Position numbers and translations under genes: made by a program
Source of the DNA: Albugo candida
Taxonomy: Eukaryota
Assembly (NCBI GenBank): GCA_040437565.1
Contig: JBDOQK010000039.1
Coordinates: 62,001-126,000, forward strand
Direction of reading: 5' to 3'
DNA: 64,000 nucleotides
Shown here: one piece after another, positions 23,627 to 34,544 of the stretch
Layout of the letters: every line of letters begins with the position of its first letter
Position numbering within the stretch: the first letter of the stretch is position 1
The notes under the pieces: generated by a model
Databases searched by the model: none
What the model saw: only the letters and a program-made list of their open reading frames with translations
What the model was told of the DNA's origin: nothing

Positions 23627-24768
23627 CCTTGAAACGAAATCCACAGACACATTTGCGCGACAATAATTTGTTTTGGGATTTTCTGTCTTTACGTCCAGAA
23701 TCGTTGCATCAACAGACGATTTTGTTCTCTGATCGAGGTATTCCCGACGGCTATCGGTTTATGAATGGGTATGGAAGCAACACGTTTAAAAATGTGAATG
23801 AAAATGGAGAAGTAGTTTTCGTGAAGTATCACTATAAATCGGACCAAGGAATTCGTAATCTATCTGATGAACAAGCACAAAAACTCTCAGGATTGGATGC
23901 GGATTATGCTTTACGCGATTTGTTTGAATCCATTGCGTCAGAGAATTATCCTGTTTGGACTATGTATCTTCAAGTCATGACTCCTGAACAAGCTCAACAC
24001 TGTTCGTTCAATCCATTTGACGTGACGAAAATTTGGCCGCACAACGAGTTTCCTCTCATTGAAATTGGACGTTTTGTTTTGAATCGAAACCCACAAAATT
24101 ACTTTGCCGAAGTTGAGCAACTGGTTTTTTCACCAGCTCATTTCATTCCTGGTATTGGTCCTTCGCCAGACAAAGTTCTTCAAGGACGCTTGTTCTCCTA
24201 CAATGACGCACATTATCACCGTCTGGGCGTGAACTATTCACAGATTCCAGTGAATCGAACCGTGATCAACTCGCAAACGTATCATCGTGATGGTCTGATG
24301 CGCGTTGATGGGAACATGTTCAATGAACCAGCGCATTTTCCCAACAGTTTGGGAGGTCCAGAGGAATCTAAAGTCGAAAAGTTTCAGAGTTACAGTGGAG
24401 ACTTTAGTGTGATCGACAAATATGAAACTCGAGATGACGACAATTTCACTCAGACTCGACTCTTTTATCAAAAAGTGCTGGATGATAGTGGGCGTGAGCG
24501 CCTCGCTGGAAACATTGCTGGGTCGCTTGTAAACGCAAGTAAGGAAGTCCAGGCGCGAGTATTGGCTAATTTCGATAAAGTCGATCCGGATTATGCTAAA
24601 CGTGTAGATAAGCAGCTTCAAGTGTTGGAGCAAGAGAATGCCAAAGGAATGATCAAAGAGAAGCAACCGACCGCTCCAATGAATCCTCCACGTGCTCCGT
24701 TCAAAGTTACAATGGAGATGTCCGACGATGTATTGGCTCCCCAATTTCGTCGGCAGTGTGCAGTGTAG
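23627..24768 (+). CDS. Monofunctional heme catalase, small-subunit clade-3-like (5' part missing in gap)
   Basis: KRNPQTHL, WDFLSLRPESLHQ, FSDRGIPDGYR, FNPFDVTKIWPH, LNRNPQNYFAEVEQ and SPDKVLQGRLFSY (proximal Tyr). Confidence 0.95.
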
Positions 24769-24877
24769 GTGTCAAGTAGCCATGATGGAAATAGTTGTCT
24801 AATCGAATATGAAAGTGGTGGTATTGTCATTGTTTTCAAATTTTGCCGCATATACGCCTCTGCTGTAAAAAATTATC

Positions 24878-26481
24878 CTATCTTTCTGAGCCAACAACCG
24901 TGGGTAGAATTGGCTTGGAGTACTCTAGACGTAATTGCTCATGCTTCGCTCGCTTGTACTCACCGTTGCTATCAACAATCGAAATTAAAGTGAGACAAAT
25001 AACATCAAACTGTGGGCACTTACAAGAAGCAGAAAACCGCTGACGTGAGCAGTAACAAAAATACCATAATCCACTCCGGTGTGGCGTAGATATACGAATG
25101 TGGGACTCTTCCAGTGATATCTACATGCTTTCTTCGAAGAATACTGAATAACGGGACCAAAATTGCCGATAGGAAATTCCCACAAAGTTGTTGCAAGGCT
25201 GCAACTGTGGACTCACTTGTCGGGAATGCACATTCTACGCCTAGTTCGAGAACAATCGGCTGCAAAGGGCCAAGTACCGCGCCAAGAAGAAGAAGCGTCG
25301 TCAGTGTCAACAGGCCACTGGTAACACTCAAAGTGAACTTAAAAAGCGTCAGACTCACTGCGGAGGCAAATATGCAAACTTGAAGAGCCTGAACGTGATT
25401 TTGCCGACGATCTACGAAACGTGAAATCACCTGACCTCCCACCAAAGAACTGACAATGAAGAGTGCGCCGATAGTACCAACTTGTGGCTTTGAAAAGCCT
25501 TCTGTACTGAGAAATTTCGCAAGAAGTGCAGACATGGCGTTCAATACACATTCAGCAACCGAGAAAACAAGAACTGTTATCCAAAATCCAGAATGTGCAA
25601 AGGCGTTTCCCCACTGCTTCCAGTTATATTCATCTTGGAGGTGGACGTCAGATATCGTGGAAGCTGTCTCAAACATATTGATTGAGTTCCGTTTTCTGCC
25701 AAAACGTGTCGGCCATGGTGATTCAGGGAACGAGACGAACGCAAAGTACGTCAGAATCCATAATGCTATTGCTAATCCAGCGATCATAGCTTCCCAGGAT
25801 GGTATATCCTGTATGGTATGCACCAAAAAGGGAGCTGTGAGGTAGACGACTGCGATGCCCATGGCGTTCGCATTCACTGCAATACTTGTTGCAGTCGCAC
25901 GAAGTGATGTCGGGAACCAATTAGCAGAAAGAACCGGAGGAGAATTGACCATAAACGGCATCGCCACTGCTGCTAAGACTTGCCCTAGGATGGTGAGGTA
26001 CACTTCATTCCAAAGACCGTATTGGGTCCCGAGATAACGGAAGGAAGCTCCCAGAGCTTGAAGCATTGCGCCCAGTAGTACACCATATCGTAAACCCATA
26101 CGATCGATTATCCACGATCCAAAAAAGGAGCATGGTATGTAAGAGATAAAGTATATTGTTATCAGCTCCGTGGAATGAAGCTGCCAGCCTCACGTCAGCG
26201 AAGTGGATCGGTAATTCTATGGAATGGCACACGCACCTGTTGTTTCCAGCGGTGTTCGGATAGCGTCACAATCGGGGCATACGAGTAGCATATCGCTTGA
26301 TTGGTTCCTGAGAGCAACGATAAGATCGCGAGCATGAGCCATTTCTTTCCAGAACTTTGAGTTTTTCCTTCAGGCAAATCGCTACTTGGCGCATTATCCT
26401 CAAAAGTGCCATATTCTACAGTCACTGTTACTCTTCAGTCAGGCGGAAGTAGTGATACAAACCAGAATCATATTTCTCCAT
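24878..26481 (-). CDS. MFS transporter, SLC49/FLVCR-DIRC2-like (multi-exon)
   Basis: Multiple TM helices, KWLMLAILSLLS, SWIIDRMGLRYG, SANWFPTSLRATATSI and ELGVECAFPTSES. The last exon (FNGEYKRAKHE...) ends at 24878. The start assumes a 38-nt first intron (26425-26462). Confidence 0.88.
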
Positions 26482-27101
26482 TGTTGGCAGCGTAGGAGCC
26501 TTTACAGATTACTAACGCTACTATAATATCTAGAGACCAATCGTACGCCCCTGCAAAAGGNNNNNNNNNNNNNNNNNNNNNNNNNNNNNNNNNNNNNNNN
26601 NNNNNNNNNNNNNNNNNNNNNNNNNNNNNNNNNNNNNNNNNNNNNNNNNNNNNNNNNNNNTACTCTTCATTCAGGCAAAAGTAGTGATACAAACCAGAAT
26701 CATTTTTCTCCATTGTTGGCATGGGAGTGGGAGCCTTTACAGATTACTAACGCTACTATAATATCTAGAGACCAATCGTACGCCCCTGCAAAAGGTCAGA
26801 TCCTTTCGGTGTTTTGATCGTCACGCAGCATGATACATATAGCAATGCAAATGCACGCTGCTTGTGATAAACTGCTCTGATGCGAGTATGGTGCTGTCGG
26901 TATGCTGATTTGCGCATTATGAACCTATTCCAATTGTACAATCGTAGTGCAATCGCACTCCTTTGCCCGTGTATGAAAATGTTTATAAACGCAAGTATCA
27001 GTCTCGAAATTGGAGCTTTGGATTCAAAGTTGTCGCTCAGTAGCATGATCAACCAATGCTTCCGTGAAGGAGCTGGCGTCAAGGGTCTGTGCTATGCGTC
27101 T

Positions 27102-29054
27102 TTAATTGGCAAACTGATTCTCGAAATAAGCCGAAAGTTCTTCAGGCTTCATAAAAGTTTTCTCCATTGTCAGTCGATTCTGTACTTCCACAAGTCGAGC
27201 GGTAGAATACTGTTTCCCAATGACAACCCGGTACGGATATCCTACAAGTTCCGACTCGACCAGTCTGACACCAGCACTCACTTGCCATCTGTCGTCGAGA
27301 ATCACATCAGGAGATCCGGTGCAATTAGAAGGAGCGCCACATTTTAATTGACTCAACTGAGCTGCAATTTTTCGCGCCTCTAGAGTCAGCGGATGGTCGG
27401 TGCGAGTTGCACCGATAGGCACCACAATAATGTGGTATGGAGCAATAACGTTAGGCCACTGAATGCCATTTTTGTCGTGTGATGTCTCAACAATTGCAGC
27501 CAGCAAACGTGATACACCAAGTCCAAAACATCCCATTTCGTAAGGCTCTTTGACTAAACATTCATCACTGATCCGAGAATGGAATGCATTCATTGATTTG
27601 GAGTACTTTTGGCCTAGATAAAACGCATGTGCGACTTCAATGCCCCGGCTTAATTTAAGCGAGCCTTTTCTGCAATGCGGACATATATCTCCTTCTTCCG
27701 CCAGTCGATAATTTCCAATTGATATAGACAAAGAGCTCTTCGATGGATTTGCCACGTGTGTGGCTGATTGTGATGCCTTAATTGCTTCATGCAACGATGA
27801 TAAAGCCTTTCCGCTGTGAGAGAATGATTGACCGAGCAGCAATGAATCATCGATGAGAACCTTAAGTTTCAGTGAACCACTGCAATCAACTGACTTGGCT
27901 CGATGGATAGCATTCTCATCCAATTGCAGCTTTACGGATATTTCATTCGCTTTTCGATCGCTTTGGAGAAAGACTGCAACGATAAAGTCTAAACCTGTGG
28001 TAAACAATTCGCAAGCATAAGAGAGTCCTGTGGGCGCAGACTTGGTGCTTTGTACAGCATTTGCAAGACTGATCCAAAGTTTCTGAAGTGCTGGATCATC
28101 CTTCGCAGTATCTCGCACTATTTCATACGGAATTATGTCAGCTTTCTCCTCCTTTGGCCCATATAAAAGTCCTTGCGCCTTCTCCACATTTGCCGCATAG
28201 TCGCATTCTTCACGTACAGGATTTGTCGAGCCAGAGCATGAGAGGATGCCATCTTCTCCTATCGACGCCAAAACGTGAAATTCATGAGAAAAATTGCCCC
28301 CAATCTCGCCAGTGTCGGCTTGTACTTGGACGACAGGTAGCCGTAGTATCCCTCGTAGAATCCGCTTGTACGATGCGATAACTGCATCATACGACTCCAC
28401 AGCATTCTTGTAATTTGTGTCGAATGTGTACATGTCTTTCATGATAAACTCTCTCGATCGTAGTAAGCCAAATCGCGGTCGCACTTCGTCTCGATACTTT
28501 TTTCCTATTTGATACAATCGTAAGCTTTGATGACCAGATTCACCACGCGCTTCCCGAGTCGGATTATAGTGTTGTGCTACTAGGGACGTCATGGGTTCCT
28601 CATGTGTTGGAGCTAGAATCTGCTCACTATTCCTTCTATCCTGAAACGTAAACAGCTCACTACTTCTACCTCTCCAACGATCCGATAATTTCCACAAATC
28701 AGCGGAAACGATTGCAGGCAAATCACATTTATTGCCACTGATTTGCTTCATTTCAATATCGATGATTCTTTCAAGCTTTTGTAAGACTCGTGTGGCCAAA
28801 GGAAGCATTGCAAAGGTTCCATGGCCACTTTTTCGAATGAAGCCTGCACGCAATAGCAACTGATAACTCGGTACTGCGGCTTCAATCGGAGCATTCTTCA
28901 ATGTGGGAATCCAAAGTTGAGATCGAAGAGCATATGCGGAAGCGGGACTTGTGTATTTTCGCGCACAGTGTCGCCTACAATATGGACGCAGACTCGGAGC
29001 ACGTATTGGTGCATGCTTGGACCACATGCAGCTGACGCGAGTTATACCGAGCAT
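27102..29054 (-). CDS. PARS2: Prolyl-tRNA synthetase, bacterial-type (probably mitochondrial)
   Basis: Arg-rich N-terminal presequence, LAPTHEE, motif 2 KYRDEVRPRFGLLRSREFIMKDMY, GIEVAHAFYLGQKYS, motif 3 MGCFGLGVSRLLAA and a C-terminal anticodon-binding domain. Confidence 0.95.
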   Translation of the reverse strand: MLGITRVSCMWSKHAPIRAPSLRPYCRRHCARKYTSPASAYALRSQLWIPTLKNAPIEAAVPSYQLLLRAGFIRKSGHGTFAMLPLATRVLQKLERIIDIEMKQISGNKCDLPAIVSADLWKLSDRWRGRSSELFTFQDRRNSEQILAPTHEEPMTSLVAQHYNPTREARGESGHQSLRLYQIGKKYRDEVRPRFGLLRSREFIMKDMYTFDTNYKNAVESYDAVIASYKRILRGILRLPVVQVQADTGEIGGNFSHEFHVLASIGEDGILSCSGSTNPVREECDYAANVEKAQGLLYGPKEEKADIIPYEIVRDTAKDDPALQKLWISLANAVQSTKSAPTGLSYACELFTTGLDFIVAVFLQSDRKANEISVKLQLDENAIHRAKSVDCSGSLKLKVLIDDSLLLGQSFSHSGKALSSLHEAIKASQSATHVANPSKSSLSISIGNYRLAEEGDICPHCRKGSLKLSRGIEVAHAFYLGQKYSKSMNAFHSRISDECLVKEPYEMGCFGLGVSRLLAAIVETSHDKNGIQWPNVIAPYHIIVVPIGATRTDHPLTLEARKIAAQLSQLKCGAPSNCTGSPDVILDDRWQVSAGVRLVESELVGYPYRVVIGKQYSTARLVEVQNRLTMEKTFMKPEELSAYFENQFAN

Positions 29055-29360
29055 ACCGGTATAACGTGTACGACATGGCAGAGATTCCGTGGTGCAGGCT
29101 CATTTGGCTAGCATTGCGACTCTCAATTAAACGTCAGAATCTCGACCTATAACTGCTTCTCAATAAAAGCAAAGTGACATAGATGAATGTATAGTATCAT
29201 ATATTTACGGTTGAGCTACTCATGCTCGTGTTTGTGCGATTCCTAATGTATTACTCGATCGGTACGCTACTGCAGTAGCAACCGCTGCGAACATAACGGT
29301 TGAAAGTATACTCTATCTGCTCTATCGCATAAGGTCCACCACACTATTGTCGGAAGTTAA

Positions 29361-32138
29361 ATGCAGCCTTCCACGCATAGCGATCGCAATCGTGTTCAAA
29401 ATACATCTGCTCATGTTGAATCCACGCACCAGAAGAATGAGGTCTATTCCCTCGAGCTAAATAAACTCATCGGTCAAATGCAACTGAATGAGCAAACAGC
29501 TCATAAGCCCCAAAGTAGCAGAATTCCGGGTGGAATTCCAAGCACACTCGAAGGTCTCCCTCCAGGAGCGCACAAGCCTAGGATGCATGCGCACGCGCAA
29601 ATGAGACCTCACGCTAACCGAGCCGCACCGGCACCACAATTGCACTCTCAAGCTCCTTTGCAAGCGCCTTCGCATAGTCAATCCCACCCTCGATCAACCG
29701 TTTTCGTAGCTCCACAGGCGCCCGAGTACAATCAAACAGTTCGAGTGAGCTTGTCATTACTTCCTCAAGAGTGTCCTATCGGTCGTACACTCGTCCTTGG
29801 ACTTTATCGGGTCGGTCAGCTCACAAATGAAAGGCCTTTTTTTGTAAAGCAGCTCTTTCTTGAACAAAAGCGACAATTGATGCATTCTTTGATTATTATC
29901 AGTATCACATGTCGAGCTCCACGATGTGCTGGAAACTTTGAATTTCGGGTTGTTGAGCAATTTGACAGTAAGCAGGATGCAAATCGACAACGTAATGCAA
30001 GGGAAGTCGTCAGAGAAGATGGAAAAAGCTATTCCGATACAACTTTTGCAACCAGCAACATGATGCACGTCAAAATGGAAGACTCTGACTTTAAGAAGTC
30101 ACTTCTGTCCACTGAGACCAAACTCCAACAAAGTGTGAATGATGGCGATTCGCAGCTATTGCTCGGCACATTCACCCTCTTCCAACGACTACTGGACCGA
30201 GTGGATCATCCAAAACTGCAAAAGCACGACATACTTTCTGTCGTACTNNNNNNNNNNNNNNNNNNNNNNNNNNNNNNNNNNNNNNNNNNNNNNNNNNNNN
30301 NNNNNNNNNNNNNNNNNNNNNNNNNNNNNNNNNNNNNNNNNNNNNNNGTCAAAATGGAAGACTCTGACTTTAAGAAGTCACTTCTGTCCACTGAGACCAA
30401 ACTCCAACAAAGTGTGAATGATGGCGATTCGCAGCTATTGCTCGGCACATTCACCCTCTTCCAACGACTACTGGACCGAGTGGATCATCCAAAACTGCAA
30501 AAGCACGACATACTTTCTGTCGTACTCGGTCAATTCATGAGTCTTATTTTGTGGGATCAATCCAAGTTGGAAGAGTGCTTCGAAAGCACAGATTCCATTC
30601 CTCGACCCATGGAGGCGTTCCACAGTGCCATGTGGAATATATTACAGTGTATAGAGCGGAATCCTATGCTTCAGAGTTTTCTATCTCCGACAGTGACTCA
30701 CAATACAGCTGCTTTGACGAGTCGATATTGCCCCGTTACGGGGCTTTTTTTCACGGACATAGCATCTCGAATGAAATATTGGAAAGCAAAGTTGGACCTT
30801 CCACTTATTGACTTTCAACAACATAGAATCGAGAACATCGTAGTCTCTCCTCTCATCACAAGTCGAGTTTCCGATTGGATTGAGCGCCAGGCTTCGTTTC
30901 TCATCCCAGATAGAGAAGAGTTTTGGAAAACAAGAGGCTCCATTTGCGATATTATAAATACATACGTGGTCCAGAAGCTTGGAATGGATGCAAAGCTGTA
31001 TGTATTCGGCTCGTCAGCGAATGATTTTGGGATGAATGAAAGTGATTTGGATCTCTGCCTGCTCATGCCCAATTATGAGCTTATGACACACGCCGAGAAG
31101 CGGCAAGTACTCACACAGGTTGTGACGCTCATGAAAGACTGCGATCTATTCCAAGATATCGACACTCGCCGGCTAGGGGCACGAGTGCCCATTGTGATGT
31201 TTAAAGTCTCAGTTTTCGACATTGAATGTGATTTGTGTATGGAAAATGCTCTTGCTCATCGTAATACGGCTCTCTTGCGTGCATATGCAAACGCGGATCC
31301 TCGAGTGCGGAAACTGGCGTACATTATAAAACATTTTGTCAAGCGAAGGCGAATGAACTGCGCTGCGGAAAGAACGTTATCGTCGTATGGATATCTACTA
31401 ATGCTGATACATTTTTTACAACAGCAAGAACCACCGATCTTACCCAACATGCAAACATTACCAGAATCGTGGGATGGAAATCCACGTTGTGGATGCAAAC
31501 GATCTTCACGAAGATGTCTATGGCGCTCTCCGCATTGTGATTTGACCGAAAGGCTGGACGAAATGAATCTACCGAGTGTTCGATCTTATAAATCGTCAAC
31601 GGATCGATCGAAAGGCTCTTATGTCGACCTCATCCCTGTGGAAACGTACTTTTACAATCCATTTGCGAAAAATGCAGACACGAGCGCAAGAATTAGGCTT
31701 TTAGAGGCATTCGGAAGTCGGAATGGTGCAACTGTGGGAGAACTGTTTACACGATTTTTGTTCTATTACGGTCTCCAATTTGACTCCTCGAGAATGGTTG
31801 TGAGCATCCGAATGGGACGGACTTTGTTGAAGACGGAAAAATATAGCCAGGACTCGCCGTATTGGCGATTTCACTCTCGCCTCAGTATCGAAGACCCATT
31901 TGAGACATCTTACGATGTTGCACACGTGCTCAAGGAGACGCGTCATTTTTATATCCGCCAGCAGTTCACCCGAGCGTATGTCAAGCTCGCAGAGGCGGCG
32001 ATTCAGACAGATTTATCCGAAGATTTTGACGACTTGATGGGAAGAATTGTTGAACAGGTCGACACTTTTCCTTTTCAGATGAAGCAGAATGCTCAGCTCG
32101 ACGATCTCCGAGGAGAGGCAGTGGGGCGTTTGATATGA
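29361..32138 (+). CDS. Cid1/URT1-like terminal nucleotidyltransferase (TUTase / non-canonical PAP), ~832 aa after removing the duplication
   Basis: FGSSANDFGMNESDLDL (hGS..DxD), ARVPIVMF, ECDLC, TLSSYGYLLMLIHFLQ and PAP-associated LSIEDPFE. 30069-30247 is duplicated at 30348-30526 across a gap. Confidence 0.92.
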   Translation: MQPSTHSDRNRVQNTSAHVESTHQKNEVYSLELNKLIGQMQLNEQTAHKPQSSRIPGGIPSTLEGLPPGAHKPRMHAHAQMRPHANRAAPAPQLHSQAPLQAPSHSQSHPRSTVFVAPQAPEYNQTVRVSLSLLPQECPIGRTLVLGLYRVGQLTNERPFFVKQLFLEQKRQLMHSLIIISITCRAPRCAGNFEFRVVEQFDSKQDANRQRNAREVVREDGKSYSDTTFATSNMMHVKMEDSDFKKSLLSTETKLQQSVNDGDSQLLLGTFTLFQRLLDRVDHPKLQKHDILSVVXXXXXXXXXXXXXXXXXXXXXXXXXXXXXXXXXXVKMEDSDFKKSLLSTETKLQQSVNDGDSQLLLGTFTLFQRLLDRVDHPKLQKHDILSVVLGQFMSLILWDQSKLEECFESTDSIPRPMEAFHSAMWNILQCIERNPMLQSFLSPTVTHNTAALTSRYCPVTGLFFTDIASRMKYWKAKLDLPLIDFQQHRIENIVVSPLITSRVSDWIERQASFLIPDREEFWKTRGSICDIINTYVVQKLGMDAKLYVFGSSANDFGMNESDLDLCLLMPNYELMTHAEKRQVLTQVVTLMKDCDLFQDIDTRRLGARVPIVMFKVSVFDIECDLCMENALAHRNTALLRAYANADPRVRKLAYIIKHFVKRRRMNCAAERTLSSYGYLLMLIHFLQQQEPPILPNMQTLPESWDGNPRCGCKRSSRRCLWRSPHCDLTERLDEMNLPSVRSYKSSTDRSKGSYVDLIPVETYFYNPFAKNADTSARIRLLEAFGSRNGATVGELFTRFLFYYGLQFDSSRMVVSIRMGRTLLKTEKYSQDSPYWRFHSRLSIEDPFETSYDVAHVLKETRHFYIRQQFTRAYVKLAEAAIQTDLSEDFDDLMGRIVEQVDTFPFQMKQNAQLDDLRGEAVGRLI

Positions 32139-32227
32139 TCTCATTTTGTTGACGCTTACACCTGCAGGGCGAAACAAGCTGGTACGTTAACGGAAGCAGG
32201 CTAATGGTTTCCTTGATTATCTTTCTT

Positions 32228-33799
32228 CTATTCGCTGTCGCCAGCACATTCTTCTCGCATACATTTTATACATTGGCATCGGAAATGGTACTCTCTACAG
32301 CATACGCATTAAGAACAGCTTTCGACATTAAGATGTGATGTACCTGAGCTCATGTTGGCGTTCTTCGTATGGCTGATCCGTGTCTATGTACTCGATACAC
32401 AGTTCATCCATCGGCTGTGGGCGCAAAAGTAAGACAAGCTGTACAATGCTGTTCGAGTTTGGTACCTGTATCGCTTGAATTGCGTGGATGTGTGCCTGGC
32501 CACTGTGGCCGTACACAACAATACAATTCGGAAGACAGCTATGATTCATTGTGCAAATCAAACTGAATAGCGCAGTTCCTTCCACGCCTACAAATGGACC
32601 GGGTGAAGGCTTTTTATCCAGACAAAACTCCTCTTCGTGAAGAGTGTTCGCTGAAGCTTGCTGGTCGCTGGAGGGGGAATTCGACACGGTCGAGGTACAT
32701 GCAAGCTCTAGTGTCCGAGCAACCCTGTTTTTCGCCTCATTCTCCGAAGCTGGCATATCTTCTAGATCAGTGTTCAGGACTTGTAAAGGATGATCAATCT
32801 CCATACTGATGTTGTTCATCTCAAACATGCCCACAATCTTGGCGAAAAAATCTACATTCAAGACATCTTCACACGCGATGCAGACTTCCTCCACCGATTT
32901 ATTACAAGGAAAGCGATCCTTCTCAACTCGTAGCACAATTGCCAGGGTATCCTCTAGCCCAGCCTGAAAGCATTCAAATGTCTGACTTATCAAATCGCGG
33001 AAAGAAGCTTTGTATTCTTCCATTGTTTGCTCCGAGTCTCGAACGTCTTCTTCGGAGACGACAACATCCCACCAATTGAGCTTGTGAAATTGATCTACAG
33101 CGAATCGCGCTTTCGCGAGATCAGAATGCTTGAGATATAGAAGCACCACTTTAGCAACAACCTTGGCAGCGAGTAAGAATATCTCATTGATGGCTACAGA
33201 ATCGATGTGAGTTATTGCAGAATGCGGAGAGAGAAAAAAGACCTATCGAGTGGTTGATAAAGTGTCCCATAGCCGAATCGTTTTGCAACGAGTACGAGCA
33301 ACACAGCGCGTGGGATTCCCTGTAAGCGCTAATTCGGCAATCCTCCGAGCAGTATACCTCACCGCATTGCTCACAAGAAGCAGCGGTGCCACGTGTGGCA
33401 AAATACTTTTGCTCGTAATTTTCGTCCGACTTTTTAGCTTTCAACATACTCTATGGTCTTTTCCAGCTCTGAAAATGTCGCAAGACTATCGAGCTTTCTA
33501 TCTGACGACGCGATCAACGCTTCTGCAGCATTGCGTACTCGTTCCCATTCTACGGGAGCGTCTATCAACGGGATGAAGCAATGTGCACAGCATTGTATGT
33601 GCTGTTTATTTTCTTCGTGTTGCATGGCGACAAATGGAACTTCCGACCAAATGCGGTCGCCTGGCGCGAATGTATTGATCGCATAAATCGCTTTACCCTT
33701 ATGCTCTCCAGCATAGCCACATGTAATCGATGCTCGCTGCTTGTTGGCAATCAATTGCGCATAATACTTGTGCACGTGCACATTTTCAAGTCGCTGCAT
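32228..33799 (-). CDS. SMYD5-like SET-domain lysine methyltransferase (multi-exon)
   Basis: KGKAIYA (SET-N), MYND-like CAHC...CEQCGEVYCSEDCRISAYRESHALCC, GTALF..MNHSCLPNC, ELCIEYID and post-SET YHFRCQCIKC in the last exon. Confidence 0.9.
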
Positions 33800-34509
33800 G
33801 AGCTTGACTCTCGTGGGATTGGCGAAAATATTTAATGGCGAGCATGAGCGCAAAATTGGTCTTAAAGAATAGACAATTGTCACGTAGGAAGCTTTCCAGC
33901 TCCAGGATATGCAATCACCAGCATGACACATGCATTTCCTTGCTGAAATCGAGACCGGTTTCGTTAAAATGACAAGCCTGAGAGGTCGTAAAACATGGGT
34001 GGATGTGATGATTCATAGGATCGAGATAGTTCGGGTATAAAGGCTCGAGTACCCTACAGATGACAGTGATCATCCGTCAATTGATCGTATAGCGTCGCAG
34101 GATTCAACATAATCAAAGCTGAGAGAAATTGGAAAGATCATTTAACGAGGCACGTGGCAGTAAACATCTCACAATCCTTATGCAGCGTGAGATTTGACCA
34201 CATGAAAGAAGCCGAGTGTCGACAGCTGGGTAAAGGCTCGGCCCCACGTGTGCGGTGGTAAGCATCCCTCCTTATTTACGTTGAGTTGGACTGGTTATTT
34301 GATGTATGTAAAATCGTACAATCTATTTAGTCTGCTACTTCTTTACAGATCTGAGTCAAAGTGTCTTGTAAAGGTACAGCGGCACGTTGTCTATCAGGAG
34401 GTGTAACCTCTGGTGACTTTTGCCACGTTATGGGTGCCTTATTTATCGATGAGCACTGCCTTTGACCGATGTCCTGTCTTTTCAATCATCAACAGACGTG
34501 CCCGGCTGG

Positions 34510-34523
34510 TCATTTCCATTTTG
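34510..34523 (+). promoter_or_regulatory. Oomycete Inr/FPR-like core promoter element of the bZIP gene
   Basis: TCATTTCCATTTTG starts 35 nt upstream of the ATG at 34545 and resembles the oomycete YCATTYY..CAWTTT initiator. Confidence 0.5.
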
Positions 34524-34544
34524 GTGCTCATTACAATATTTGCA

